Shown here piece by piece: positions 29,133-40,132 of a stretch of 46,714 nucleotides of DNA (its first letter is position 1; each line of letters begins with the position of its first letter). Source of the DNA: a bacterium (GTDB lineage: Bacteria > Acidobacteriota > Blastocatellia > HR10); the NCBI GenBank assembly GCA_041640655.1, contig JBEPZV010000004.1:1-46714 (forward strand), written 5' to 3'. Made by a program: the position numbers and the translations under genes. The notes beneath the pieces are model-generated. The model did not search any database and was not told the origin of the DNA. It worked only from the letters and a program-made list of their open reading frames with translations.

Positions 29133-29402
29133 TCACCACCCGAGGATCGAGACGCGACGCGGGATGCGTCGCAGGGGCAACTCGCGCGGCGGCCCGTAGT
29201 AAACGGTCAGGCACGCCTGGCAGCGGTAGAGGACCATCCCCGCGGGCGCCTTCTGTCGAATATCCGAGGGAGCCGTATGCCAGACCTTCAGCGGGCCCCA
29301 GCAGGGTTTCCCCTTCTCGTCTTTCTCATCGCAATTGGTCTGGTTGGGCTTCATCGCTTTGAGTGGCCGTTCCGTTGACGTCGGCGGCGGTGTCATCTCC
29401 AT
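29133..29402 (-). CDS. Small hypothetical Cys-containing protein (89 aa)
   Basis: Fills the gap between recR and the bPH_2 gene. GAGG SD; C-x9-C and YRCQAC motifs. Confidence 0.65.
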   Translation of the reverse strand: MEMTPPPTSTERPLKAMKPNQTNCDEKDEKGKPCWGPLKVWHTAPSDIRQKAPAGMVLYRCQACLTVYYGPPRELPLRRIPRRVSILGW

Positions 29403-29414
29403 ACGCTCGACCTC

Positions 29415-30014
29415 CTACATCTCGCGCCGATTGACGAGGGCGCGGTGCATCGTCACCTCGTCGGCGAACTCAATGTCGCTGCCGACGGGCAATCCCATGG
29501 CGATGCGCGTGACGCGCACGCCGAGCGGCTTCAGCAGACGCGCCAGATAGTTGGCCGTCGCCTCCCCCTCCGTATTCGGATTCGTGGCGATGATCACTTC
29601 CTTCACCTGTCCCGAGCGCAAGCGCTCGAGCAAGCTCTTGATCTTCAGATCATCCGGACCGATCCCCCGGATCGGGGAGAGCGCGCCGTGCAGAACGTGA
29701 TAGAGCCCGCGATATTCGCGCGTCCGCTCAATCGCCGCCACGTTGTACGGCTCCTCGACGACGCAGATCACGCTCCGATCGCGCGCATCGTTGGAGCAGA
29801 AGCGGCAGGGATCCATATCAGTCAGATTGTGGCAGATCGAACAGAGGATGATCTTCTCCTTGACCTCCTCGATTGTGCGCGCCAGGCGACGGACCTCCTC
29901 CACCTCCATGCGCAGGATGTGAAACGCCAGGCGTTGGGCCGACTTCTGCCCGATGCCGGGCAGTCGTTTCAATTCCTCGATCAGCCGATGAATGGCCTCG
30001 GCGTAGTCGAGCAT
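29415..30014 (-). CDS. recR: Recombination mediator RecR
   Basis: [17 protein letters not shown]hH, CSICHNL...CRFC Zn finger, Toprim ICVVE...[10 protein letters not shown]...EGEATA. Confidence 0.97.
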   Translation of the reverse strand: MLDYAEAIHRLIEELKRLPGIGQKSAQRLAFHILRMEVEEVRRLARTIEEVKEKIILCSICHNLTDMDPCRFCSNDARDRSVICVVEEPYNVAAIERTREYRGLYHVLHGALSPIRGIGPDDLKIKSLLERLRSGQVKEVIIATNPNTEGEATANYLARLLKPLGVRVTRIAMGLPVGSDIEFADEVTMHRALVNRREM

Positions 30015-30023
30015 CGCTGCCGT

Positions 30024-30335
30024 TCACCAGAGGCCCGGGAGGTTCAGGTTCAAATTCTTCAGCGCCTGTTGCCGGATGGCCTCATCCACTTTACGCCCGC
30101 ACTCGTTCACGGCTGCGATGATCAAGTCCTGCAGCAACTCGATGTCTCCCCCGACGACTTCCGGATCAATCTTGAGGGCGACGACCTCCTTGGTGCCGGA
30201 CATCGTGACGGTGACCGCGCCGCCGCCCGATGAGGCTTCGACGCGGATTTGCTGGATCGCGTTTCGCAACTCCTCCTGCATCTTCTGCGCTTGTTCGAGC
30301 ATCTTCTGCAACTCGTGCGGATTCGGGAACTTCAT
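30024..30335 (-). CDS. ybaB: YbaB/EbfC nucleoid-associated protein
   Basis: AQKMQEEL, SGGGAVTVTMSG, DIELLQDLIIAAVNE. ATG 30335 with GAGGAGG SD; located between dnaX and recR. Confidence 0.93.
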   Translation of the reverse strand: MKFPNPHELQKMLEQAQKMQEELRNAIQQIRVEASSGGGAVTVTMSGTKEVVALKIDPEVVGGDIELLQDLIIAAVNECGRKVDEAIRQQALKNLNLNLPGLW

Positions 30336-30358
30336 CTTCGCCTCCTCATGGTGAAGTC

Positions 30359-32011
30359 TCACGGTTCCTCCGGCATCGTCTTTTCCGGAGGGACGATCTC
30401 CACAATCTCGCCTTTGAATGTCTTCACGAAGGCCTTGACGATCGGATCCGCCTCGACCACAGCCCGCGCCTGCTGATCGGGCGAGGGGGTGCGGGCGCGG
30501 TCTTCTTCGACTCGGACCTGCAGCGTCAGAGGGCGACCGATCACCTGTCGCGCCACAGCCTCGATCACCTGTTTGTTCATGCGGTCCAGCAGCGTCTCCC
30601 GGTGGACGGCCAGGTGCGGGGGAAACGTCACGCGCAGCGCCTCTCCCGCGATTTCGATGGCCTTCGCCTTATCGAGCGCGCCGAGAATGAGCATCTTCCC
30701 GCGTTCGCGCAACTCCTCCTTGAGGCGCTCGACCTCGGTGCGCGCTGCGTCGGGCGACTCCGTCGAAGAAGGCGTCTGCGGACGGAGGGGAGCGTCCTCC
30801 GTGGACTCCGCGCGCGGTGGCGTCGCCATCTCCGTCGCCGGTGGGGACGGTGTGAGATGGGCGAGGCGGCGTTCCAGCTCCTCCAAGGATCGGATCACTT
30901 GGGCGAGCGGTCGCACACGCTCCAGATGCGCGAGCCGCAGCAGACCCACTTCCAGGGAGAAGCGCGGCTCGCTCGCGTATCGGAGATTTTGCTCCAGCTC
31001 CGTGAGCGCGCGAAATGCGCGGACGATCTCCTCTTCCTGGAACCGTCGCGCTTGGGCGAGAAGCTGATCCGTCTCCCCGTCGCTCAGCGGGAGCAGCTCG
31101 CGATCGCGACCGATGACTTTGGCGACCAGCAGGTTTCGGAAATGCGCCATCAAGTCGCGGCAGAAGCGGCGCAGGTCATAGCCCCGTTCGCTCAACTCCT
31201 GGATGAGTCGCAAAAGCCGCGCGCCATCCCGATCAGCGATGGCCTCAGCCGCCGTCACCAGCGTCTCGGTGCCGATCAGCCCGAGCGCCGCCGTCACGAC
31301 TTCGTCTGAGATTGGTTCTCCGGGCCCGGCGAAGCTCACCGCTTGCTCCAGAAGTGACTGCGCGTCGCGCAGGCTGCCTTGTCCGGCGCGGGCGATCCTT
31401 CGGAGGGCCGAATCGGAGATGGCGATCCCCTCAGCGTCGGCGATCTGTCGCAGGCGCTCGGCGATCTTGCCCTCGGGGATCAGGCGGAATTCGAAGATCT
31501 GGCATCGAGAGAGGATCGTGGCCGGGACTTTGTGCAACTCCGTCGTCGCCATCAGGAAGAGGACGTGAGGCGGAGGTTCCTCGAGCGTCTTCAGCAGGGC
31601 ATTGAACGCACTGGTCGAGAGCTGATGGCATTCATCAATGATGAAGATGCGGTAGCGATCGCGGGCCGGGCCCAAAGCCAGCGTATCGAGGATGACCTGG
31701 CGGACATTATCCACGCCCGTGTGCGAGGCCGCGTCAATCTCCAGGACGTCGAGTGCATTCCCCTGCACGATCTCTCGGCACGGGGGGCACTCGTTACACG
31801 GCTCCGGCGTCGGCCCTTGCACGCAGTTAAGCGCCTTCGCGAAGAGGCGCGCCGTCGTCGTCTTCCCCACACCGCGCGGGCCCGCGAAGATGTAGGCGTG
31901 ATGCCACCGCCGGTACCGAAGGGCGTTCTGAAGCGTGCGGGCGATCGCCTCCTGGCCGACTAGATCCTCGAACCGTTGAGGACGCCACTTGCGGGCGATG
32001 ACCTGGTGCAT
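30359..32011 (-). CDS. dnaX: DNA polymerase III subunit gamma/tau
   Basis: ARKWRPQRFEDLVGQ, Walker A GPRGVGKTT, Zn motif, EIDAAS, IIDECHQLS, AFNALLKTLEEPP, SRCQ. Confidence 0.97.
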   Translation of the reverse strand: MHQVIARKWRPQRFEDLVGQEAIARTLQNALRYRRWHHAYIFAGPRGVGKTTTARLFAKALNCVQGPTPEPCNECPPCREIVQGNALDVLEIDAASHTGVDNVRQVILDTLALGPARDRYRIFIIDECHQLSTSAFNALLKTLEEPPPHVLFLMATTELHKVPATILSRCQIFEFRLIPEGKIAERLRQIADAEGIAISDSALRRIARAGQGSLRDAQSLLEQAVSFAGPGEPISDEVVTAALGLIGTETLVTAAEAIADRDGARLLRLIQELSERGYDLRRFCRDLMAHFRNLLVAKVIGRDRELLPLSDGETDQLLAQARRFQEEEIVRAFRALTELEQNLRYASEPRFSLEVGLLRLAHLERVRPLAQVIRSLEELERRLAHLTPSPPATEMATPPRAESTEDAPLRPQTPSSTESPDAARTEVERLKEELRERGKMLILGALDKAKAIEIAGEALRVTFPPHLAVHRETLLDRMNKQVIEAVARQVIGRPLTLQVRVEEDRARTPSPDQQARAVVEADPIVKAFVKTFKGEIVEIVPPEKTMPEEP

Positions 32012-32042
32012 GAGTGATCCGATGTCAATCCTCTTGCTTGGC

Positions 32043-32147
32043 CAGGCTTCGGGAGCATCCGCAGCACCCGACTCATCCCACTACCGTTGCTCCCTTCCGG
32101 GCCTGGCGGGGTTCGCAGGCGAGCCGTCGCACGGAGCCCGAAGCCTG
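32043..32147 (-). ncRNA. ffs: Signal recognition particle RNA (small, 4.5S type)
   Basis: Minus strand core ...GCCAGGCCCGGAAGGGAGCAACGG... (helix 8 with GGAA loop and AGCA). Terminal 11-bp stem CAGGCTTCGGG/CCCGAAGCCTG. Canonical position upstream of dnaX. Confidence 0.93.
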
Positions 32148-32155
32148 TCAGGGTC

Positions 32156-32249
32156 TGGCGGAGGGAGTGGGATTCGAACCCACGGTAGAGGTTTGTGCCC
32201 CTACACCGCTTTTCCAAAACGGCGCCTTCGTCCACTCGGCCATCCCTCC
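32156..32249 (-). tRNA. tRNA-Ser(GGA)
   Basis: GGAGGGATGGCCGAGTGGACGAAGGCG-CCGTT-TTGGAAA-AGCGG, long variable arm, GGGTTCGAATCCC, encoded CCA. Confidence 0.95.
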
Positions 32250-32259
32250 GAAAGAACCG

Positions 32260-32348
32260 TGGCGGAGGGAGTGGGACTCGAACCCACAAGGGCCTCGCGG
32301 CCCACCGGTTTTCGAGACCGGCCCCTTGCCAATTCGGAGCATCCCTCC
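32260..32348 (-). tRNA. tRNA-Ser(CGA)
   Basis: GGAGGGATG...CCGGT-CTCGAAA-ACCGG, variable arm GGGCC-GCGA-GGCCC, GGGTTCGAGTCCC, encoded CCA. Confidence 0.95.
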
Positions 32349-32373
32349 GCCGAAGGCGCTCGGCACCCGGAGC

Positions 32374-32871
32374 TTATTCTTCGACGCGCTCCGACCGAGC
32401 GTGCGCGCGTTTCCTTTGAAAGAAGGATTGTATCATCTCCCGACACTCGGCTTCAAGCACACCGGCGCGAACCTCCACGCGGTGATTGAGCCGCGCGTCG
32501 GTGCAGAGCTCAAAGAGCGAAGCGACGGCTCCGGCCCGTGGGTCCGCGGCCCCGTAGACGAGCCGCGCCACGCGCGCATGAATCAGGGCGCCCGCGCACA
32601 TCGGGCACGGCTCGATCGTCACATACAGCGTCGCTCCCGTGAGCCGATAGTTGTTCAGGAATCGCGCCGCATCGCGCAGGGCGACGATCTCCGCGTGCGC
32701 CGTGGGGTCCCGATCTGTGATGACGCGATTGTGCCCGCGCCCGATGACCTTCTCCCCGAGAACGACCACAGCCCCCACGGGGACCTCGCCGAGGCGCTCG
32801 GCATCGGCCGCTTCGTCAAGCGCCAGTCGCATCCAGACCTCATCTATCGCTCTGGAGTCTTCGTGCGACAT
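32374..32871 (-). CDS. tadA: tRNA adenosine(34) deaminase
   Basis: [32 protein letters not shown]. Overlaps the 3' end of hemB. Confidence 0.95.
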   Translation of the reverse strand: MSHEDSRAIDEVWMRLALDEAADAERLGEVPVGAVVVLGEKVIGRGHNRVITDRDPTAHAEIVALRDAARFLNNYRLTGATLYVTIEPCPMCAGALIHARVARLVYGAADPRAGAVASLFELCTDARLNHRVEVRAGVLEAECREMIQSFFQRKRAHARSERVEE

Positions 32872-33820
32872 CTTTGGCGAAGTAGGTGAGAATCATATCG
32901 GCTCCCGCGCGCTTGATGCCGATGAGCGTCTCCATGACGACGCGCTCTTCCTCGATCCATCCCAGCCGAGCGGCCGCCTTGATCATGGCATACTCGCCAC
33001 TCACCTGATACGCGGCCACGGGTACTGGGAAGTGTTCCCGCACCAGGCGGATGATGTCCAAGTAGGGGAGCGCGGGCTTCACCATGAGGATGTCGGCGCC
33101 TTGCTCGATGTCCAGCTCCACCTCGCGCAGGGCCTCTCGCGCATTGGGGGGATCCATTTGGTAGCCGCGTCGGTCGCCGAACTGCGGGGCGCTTTGCGCC
33201 GCCTCTCGGAACGGGCCGTAGAAGGCCGAGGCGTATTTGACGGCGTAGGACATGATCGGGATGTGCGCGAAACCCGCTTCATCGAGGGCGCCGCGGATCG
33301 CCGCGACGAAGCCATCCATCATGTTCGACGGCGCGATGATGTCCGCCCCAGCGCGCGCTTGACTGACGGCCGTTCGCGCCAGCAGCTCCAGCGTCGGATC
33401 GTTCAGGACCTCCCCATCGCGCACCAGGCCACAATGGCCGTGACTGGTGTATTCGCAGAGGCATGTATCGGCAATCACCAGCAGACCCGGGACCTCCCGC
33501 TTGAGCGCGCGGATCGCCCGCTGGATGATGCCGTCCTCGGCATAGGCTTCGCTCCCCACCTCATCCTTTCGCTCCGGGATGCCGAAGAGGATGACGGCCG
33601 GAATACCCAGCCGCTTCACCTCCTGGGCCTCCTCGACGAGCTGATCAATGGAGAGCGTGTAGACGCCCGGCATCGAGGCGACCTCTCGGCGCACACCCTC
33701 GCCGGGGCAGACGAAGAGCGGATAGATCAGGTCATCCACCGAGAGCTGCGTCTCTCGCACCAGGCGGCGCAACTCCGGCGTCCGACGCAATCGGCGCGGG
33801 CGATGGATCAGCTCCCTCAT
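32840..33820 (-). CDS. hemB: Porphobilinogen synthase (Zn-dependent)
   Basis: [52 protein letters not shown]. Confidence 0.97.
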   Translation of the reverse strand: MRELIHRPRRLRRTPELRRLVRETQLSVDDLIYPLFVCPGEGVRREVASMPGVYTLSIDQLVEEAQEVKRLGIPAVILFGIPERKDEVGSEAYAEDGIIQRAIRALKREVPGLLVIADTCLCEYTSHGHCGLVRDGEVLNDPTLELLARTAVSQARAGADIIAPSNMMDGFVAAIRGALDEAGFAHIPIMSYAVKYASAFYGPFREAAQSAPQFGDRRGYQMDPPNAREALREVELDIEQGADILMVKPALPYLDIIRLVREHFPVPVAAYQVSGEYAMIKAAARLGWIEEERVVMETLIGIKRAGADMILTYFAKDVARRLQSDR

Positions 33821-33847
33821 CTCGTGCTCCCCCTCGATGAGAGGCCG

Positions 33848-33876
33848 ATTGTATCAGAGCGGGCGGGGGTTTTCAA
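33848..33876 (-). promoter_or_regulatory. sigma70 promoter for the hemB-tadA-tRNA-ffs-dnaX run
   Basis: Minus strand TTGAAA (33876-33871), 17-nt spacer, TG-A-TACAAT (-10 at 33853-33848). Confidence 0.75.
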
Positions 33877-33910
33877 AGTCCGGGCTCCGGGGAGGGGATC
33901 GCAGCGGTTG

Positions 33911-33940
33911 TTGCCCTCGTTTCTCCCCATCGGGTACAAT
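33911..33940 (+). promoter_or_regulatory. sigma70 promoter for secA
   Basis: TTGCCC (33911-33916), 18-nt spacer, TACAAT (33935-33940). AAGGAG SD before ATG 33995. Confidence 0.65.
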
Positions 33941-33994
33941 CACGTTTTGTGGGATTCAGGAGACGCCGCGCGAAGCGGGGGGAAGGAGTGACGT

Positions 33995-36739
<2,745 letters not shown>

Positions 36740-36784
36740 GCCCACGCGAGCCGGTCCCGTGCGCCAGCCTTTTGTCGGACACGC

Positions 36785-36837
36785 CCCGTCCCGCGAGTGC
36801 CCTCAAGAGGGACACGAGGCGGGGCGGGATTTTTTTT
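36785..36837 (+). terminator. Intrinsic terminator of secA
   Basis: CCCGTCCCGC/GCGGGGCGGG outer stem and GTG-CCCTC/GAGGG-A-CAC inner stem, followed by A and eight T. Confidence 0.85.
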
Positions 36838-36850
36838 GCACTCTTGTTGA

Positions 36851-36889
36851 AAAAAAGCTTGACTCGCGATTCGGCCCTTGGCATATAAT
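36851..36889 (+). promoter_or_regulatory. sigma70 promoter for the radical SAM operon (A-tract, long 19-nt spacer)
   Basis: A-tract, TTGACT (36859-36864), 19-nt spacer, TATAAT (36884-36889). Confidence 0.6.
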
Positions 36890-37011
36890 ACTCCGCGTCA
36901 GCCGGAGGCTGGGGGGCGGAAAACGATGGTGCGAGAGGTCGAGAAGGTCGTCTTTATGTCGGAGAGGTCGAGAGATGGAGCGGTGATTCTTCGATCTAAG
37001 GAGGGACGGCT

Positions 37012-38754
37012 ATGTACATCGGCAGAACGACTCAGAAGGTCATGACCTATGCGAGACCGCAGGTCCAGAAGGTGACGGTGACGCTTCCCAAAGCGCATCA
37101 TCCGCTGGAGGACATCCTCTCCAAGCCGGCCGTTCGCAAGGCGCTCCTGTGGATGACCCAGCGGGGGCCAGATGGGAAGTGCTTCCTCGAACGACTCTGC
37201 GAGAACTACGATAATCCGAATGCGGACTTCTGGACCCGCCTGAAGTGGTACTGGTCGAACAAGGCCATTGATCTCGCCCTGAAGAAGGCGGGTCTGGATA
37301 AGGAGACGATGAAGAAGCATCTGTTCCACCACACGCCGACGGTGAAGTCGCTGGCACTGACGGCCAAGAGCATCGGGACCTACGGGCTGACGGTGCCACA
37401 GCGGTTCACGGCTCCGCTCTTCGTCGTGTGGAACATCACGCAGGTGTGCAATCTGAGCTGCAAGCACTGTTATCAGGACGCCAAGCACAAGCCGATGCCC
37501 GATGAGCTGACGACGGAGGAGAAGCTTGATCTCCTCGACCAGATGGCCGATGAGTATGTGCCCTTTGTGGCCTTCGCCGGAGGCGAGCCCTTGGTGGCGA
37601 AGGATCTGTGGCCCGTGCTGGAGCACTGCAAGAAGCGGGGGTTCCATGTGACGATCGCCACCAACGGGATGCTGCTGACGCCGGAGATGTGCGCCCGGTT
37701 GAAGGAAGTGGGCGTGAAGTACATCGAGGTGAGCATTGACAGCATCAATCCGGAGGAGCATGACGAGTTCCGCGGACTGAAGGGAGCGTGGGAGCGCTCG
37801 ATCCAGGGCATTCGGAACGCCGTGGCGGCGGGCATTCGGACAGGCATGGCCACCTGCTTCACCCGCGAGACCGTCCACACGGTGGATGAGGTGGTGAAGT
37901 TCGCCATTGACCTCGGCTGCAGCACCTTCGCCCACTTCAACTTCATCCCGGTCGGGCGCGGCAAGGAGATCATGCATCATGATCTGACGCCGGGGCAGCG
38001 CGAGCTGCTCATGCGCAAGCTGCAGCGGCATCTGGCCGAGGGGAAGATCAGCATCATCTCCACGGCGCCGCAATTCGGGCGCTCTTGCATCATCTACGGT
38101 TCTGAGGAGGGAGTCTTCGCCACCGGCCACGCGGGGAAGGGCGAGGGGAAGAAGACGCTCGTGCTCTCGCGCTACATCGGCGGATGTGGTGCCGGACGAT
38201 GCTATTGCTCGATCCAGCCCAATGGGATCATCAATGCCTGCGTCTACATCCCCTCCGAAGAGGTGGGGGACATTCGTCGGCAGAGCTTCAAGGAGATCTG
38301 GGAGAACGCGCTCTTCAGCGTCCTCTCGGATCGAGAGGATCGGGGCGATCACTGCGGCGTGTGCGACTATCGGCACTACTGCGGCGGGTGTCGCGCCCGT
38401 TCGCTCGCTTATACCGGGGACATCCAAGCGGGCGATCCCGGATGCGTGTACAACGCCCATGAGTGGATCGAACTGACGGCCGGGGCGGATTCGGTGATGA
38501 CGAGCCATTTCGCCATGCCGAGCGGATTCAGCCTGAGCGCCGGATGCGGCAACGGCTGCGGGACATCAGTCCAGACGCCGCTGGTGCAGTTGAAGGGACT
38601 CCGGCAACAGGCCGAGCAGTTGGCCCAGATCGTGACCTCGGGAGTCGTCCAGGCCGCCGTCCGCGCGGGTGAGATCTCGGGCGTCCCCGAGGAGGAGGTC
38701 CGCGATTTCGATGAGGTCGTGGATCGGCTCAGCTCGCTCTTCACGAAGAATTGA
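37012..38754 (+). CDS. Radical SAM/SPASM-domain protein with long N- and C-terminal extensions
   Basis: AAGGAGG SD; VVWNITQVCNLSCKHCY (CxxxCxxC), FAGGEPL, ATNG, VSIDS; SPASM GCGAGRCYC...NAC...CGVCDYRHYCGGCRAR...DPGC. Confidence 0.92.
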   Translation: MYIGRTTQKVMTYARPQVQKVTVTLPKAHHPLEDILSKPAVRKALLWMTQRGPDGKCFLERLCENYDNPNADFWTRLKWYWSNKAIDLALKKAGLDKETMKKHLFHHTPTVKSLALTAKSIGTYGLTVPQRFTAPLFVVWNITQVCNLSCKHCYQDAKHKPMPDELTTEEKLDLLDQMADEYVPFVAFAGGEPLVAKDLWPVLEHCKKRGFHVTIATNGMLLTPEMCARLKEVGVKYIEVSIDSINPEEHDEFRGLKGAWERSIQGIRNAVAAGIRTGMATCFTRETVHTVDEVVKFAIDLGCSTFAHFNFIPVGRGKEIMHHDLTPGQRELLMRKLQRHLAEGKISIISTAPQFGRSCIIYGSEEGVFATGHAGKGEGKKTLVLSRYIGGCGAGRCYCSIQPNGIINACVYIPSEEVGDIRRQSFKEIWENALFSVLSDREDRGDHCGVCDYRHYCGGCRARSLAYTGDIQAGDPGCVYNAHEWIELTAGADSVMTSHFAMPSGFSLSAGCGNGCGTSVQTPLVQLKGLRQQAEQLAQIVTSGVVQAAVRAGEISGVPEEEVRDFDEVVDRLSSLFTKN

Positions 38755-38763
38755 CGCGCTCGC

Positions 38764-38792
38764 GGGCTCGGGGATCGCGCGATCCCCGGCCC
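38764..38792. other. Intergenic palindrome/stem-loop inside the radical SAM operon
   Basis: CGGGGATCGCGCGATCCCCG (38769-38788) is a perfect 20-nt palindrome, extended by GGGC/GCCC. No U-tract. Confidence 0.75.
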
Positions 38793-38813
38793 GATCTTCG
38801 GAGGAGGAGCCCG

Positions 38814-39524
38814 ATGACGCCGCGATCGCCCATCAACGGCCTCCGCTTCCGGTTCATGTTCTTCGACTACATCTACATGCTCGGCGAATGCCTGCTGGGG
38901 ATCAGCGAGCTCCACGTCAAGATCCAGCTCGTGGATCGGTATTGTAATAAGGTGCGGCATAACCTCCAGCTCCTGCATCGCAAGGGGGCGAGCCGTGCCG
39001 AGATGCAGGAGTTCATCCGCAAAGAGAATCAGGAGCTGCTGGCGGGGTTTCGTCATCACAACATCTTCTACGACAAATATCGGCTCCGGATGATCGCGAT
39101 CCATCACGCGGGCACTCAAGGGGAGTTGCTCGTGGACGACGTCTACAACGGCTCCGCGTATGTCGTGCCCGTCAAGCAGACGATCGATACGCTCCTCACG
39201 CATGTCTTCGACAGCACCCCTGTTCAGGAGATGGGACTCTTCGAGAAGGAACGGAAGGTCATGGGGCTGACCAGCTCGTTGGATCCGAAGCCGGGAGAGA
39301 CCGCTCAGCGCGTGCTCCTGGAGCTTCACGAAGCGGCTCGAAACATCCACGTCTATGTGAAGAAGGAGAAGTTGCAGAGCGTCGAGTATTTGGCTTCGGG
39401 GAAACCGGTGATGGATCCTCACGTGATCGTCGAGGCGGAAGCGCAAGAGACGGAGAAGGACCGTTTCCTGAAGGATCCACTCATTCGCGAGGTGTTCCCC
39501 GAATGGAAGGGGGCGACGTTATGA
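38814..39524 (+). CDS. Hypothetical soluble protein (236 aa), no recognisable family
   Basis: GGAGGAGGAG SD before ATG 38814, natural protein-like composition, stop overlaps the next ATG (ATGA). Confidence 0.8.
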   Translation: MTPRSPINGLRFRFMFFDYIYMLGECLLGISELHVKIQLVDRYCNKVRHNLQLLHRKGASRAEMQEFIRKENQELLAGFRHHNIFYDKYRLRMIAIHHAGTQGELLVDDVYNGSAYVVPVKQTIDTLLTHVFDSTPVQEMGLFEKERKVMGLTSSLDPKPGETAQRVLLELHEAARNIHVYVKKEKLQSVEYLASGKPVMDPHVIVEAEAQETEKDRFLKDPLIREVFPEWKGATL

Positions 39525-40132
39525 CGGAGGCTGAGCGGATTCGAGGCGATCCTGCGGGTCAGCCGGTGAGTTCGGAGGGCTCGCGCAAGGAACCGACGCA
39601 AGTCACGCTCTCGGTGATCGGGGATGTCTCGGTGGCGGCGTCGGAGGCGATGGGGATCAGTGAAGCGCCGAAGGCGATGACGTGGCGGACATCAGCCCTC
39701 TTCTTCATCCTCGCGTATGCCCTCAGCGTGGGGGTCGGATGGCTCGTGCTGGGTGAGATACCTCTCTCAGCGATCGCGATCGTCGCACTCGGGCCGGTGA
39801 TCCTCGCGACTGTCGCCTTCTGGCGATGTCGCCTCTGGCGATTTCGAGCCAAGACGTGGAAGCGGCAGCTCGAGATCATGGAGGAGGCGCTCTTCTCGCT
39901 CCGGTACGAGGCGGCGAATGCGGCCAACGCCATTCGAGCGAACCTCATCGGGTTCCGGCTCGCGAACCCTCAGGTGCTCATGCCAGAGCATCTGGACGTT
40001 ATCCAGATGGAGACCGAGCGGATTGATCTCGTCGTGCAGAAGTCGCAAGATCCGATGAGCTGGAAGGGACGGAAGCGAGAGAGTCAGCCGGCCTTCGATG
40101 CTCAAGAGGCGCGGAGTCGGATCAATCTGTGA
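39521..40132 (+). CDS. Two-TM membrane protein with a degenerate HisKA-like C-terminal helical hairpin
   Basis: ATG at 39521 is coupled to the upstream stop. Two TM helices, then LFSLRYEAANAANAIRANL...EHLDVIQMETERIDLVV. No HATPase domain follows. Confidence 0.72.
   Translation: MTEAERIRGDPAGQPVSSEGSRKEPTQVTLSVIGDVSVAASEAMGISEAPKAMTWRTSALFFILAYALSVGVGWLVLGEIPLSAIAIVALGPVILATVAFWRCRLWRFRAKTWKRQLEIMEEALFSLRYEAANAANAIRANLIGFRLANPQVLMPEHLDVIQMETERIDLVVQKSQDPMSWKGRKRESQPAFDAQEARSRINL

Noticed and set aside
30359..32011. Programmed frameshift or slippage site in dnaX
   Set aside because: No A AAA AAG heptamer or long A-run was found on the coding strand.
32156..32276. Repeated tggcggagggagtggga as attL/attR of an island
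   Set aside because: Both copies are the 3' ends of two complete adjacent tRNA-Ser genes, and no third copy appears in the window.
36926..37045. 39-aa ORF (MVREVEKVVF...) as RiPP precursor for the SPASM enzyme
   Set aside because: It overlaps the SD and start of the rSAM gene, has a weak ribosome-binding context and no precursor-like core, and no RRE/PqqD, peptidase or exporter is present.
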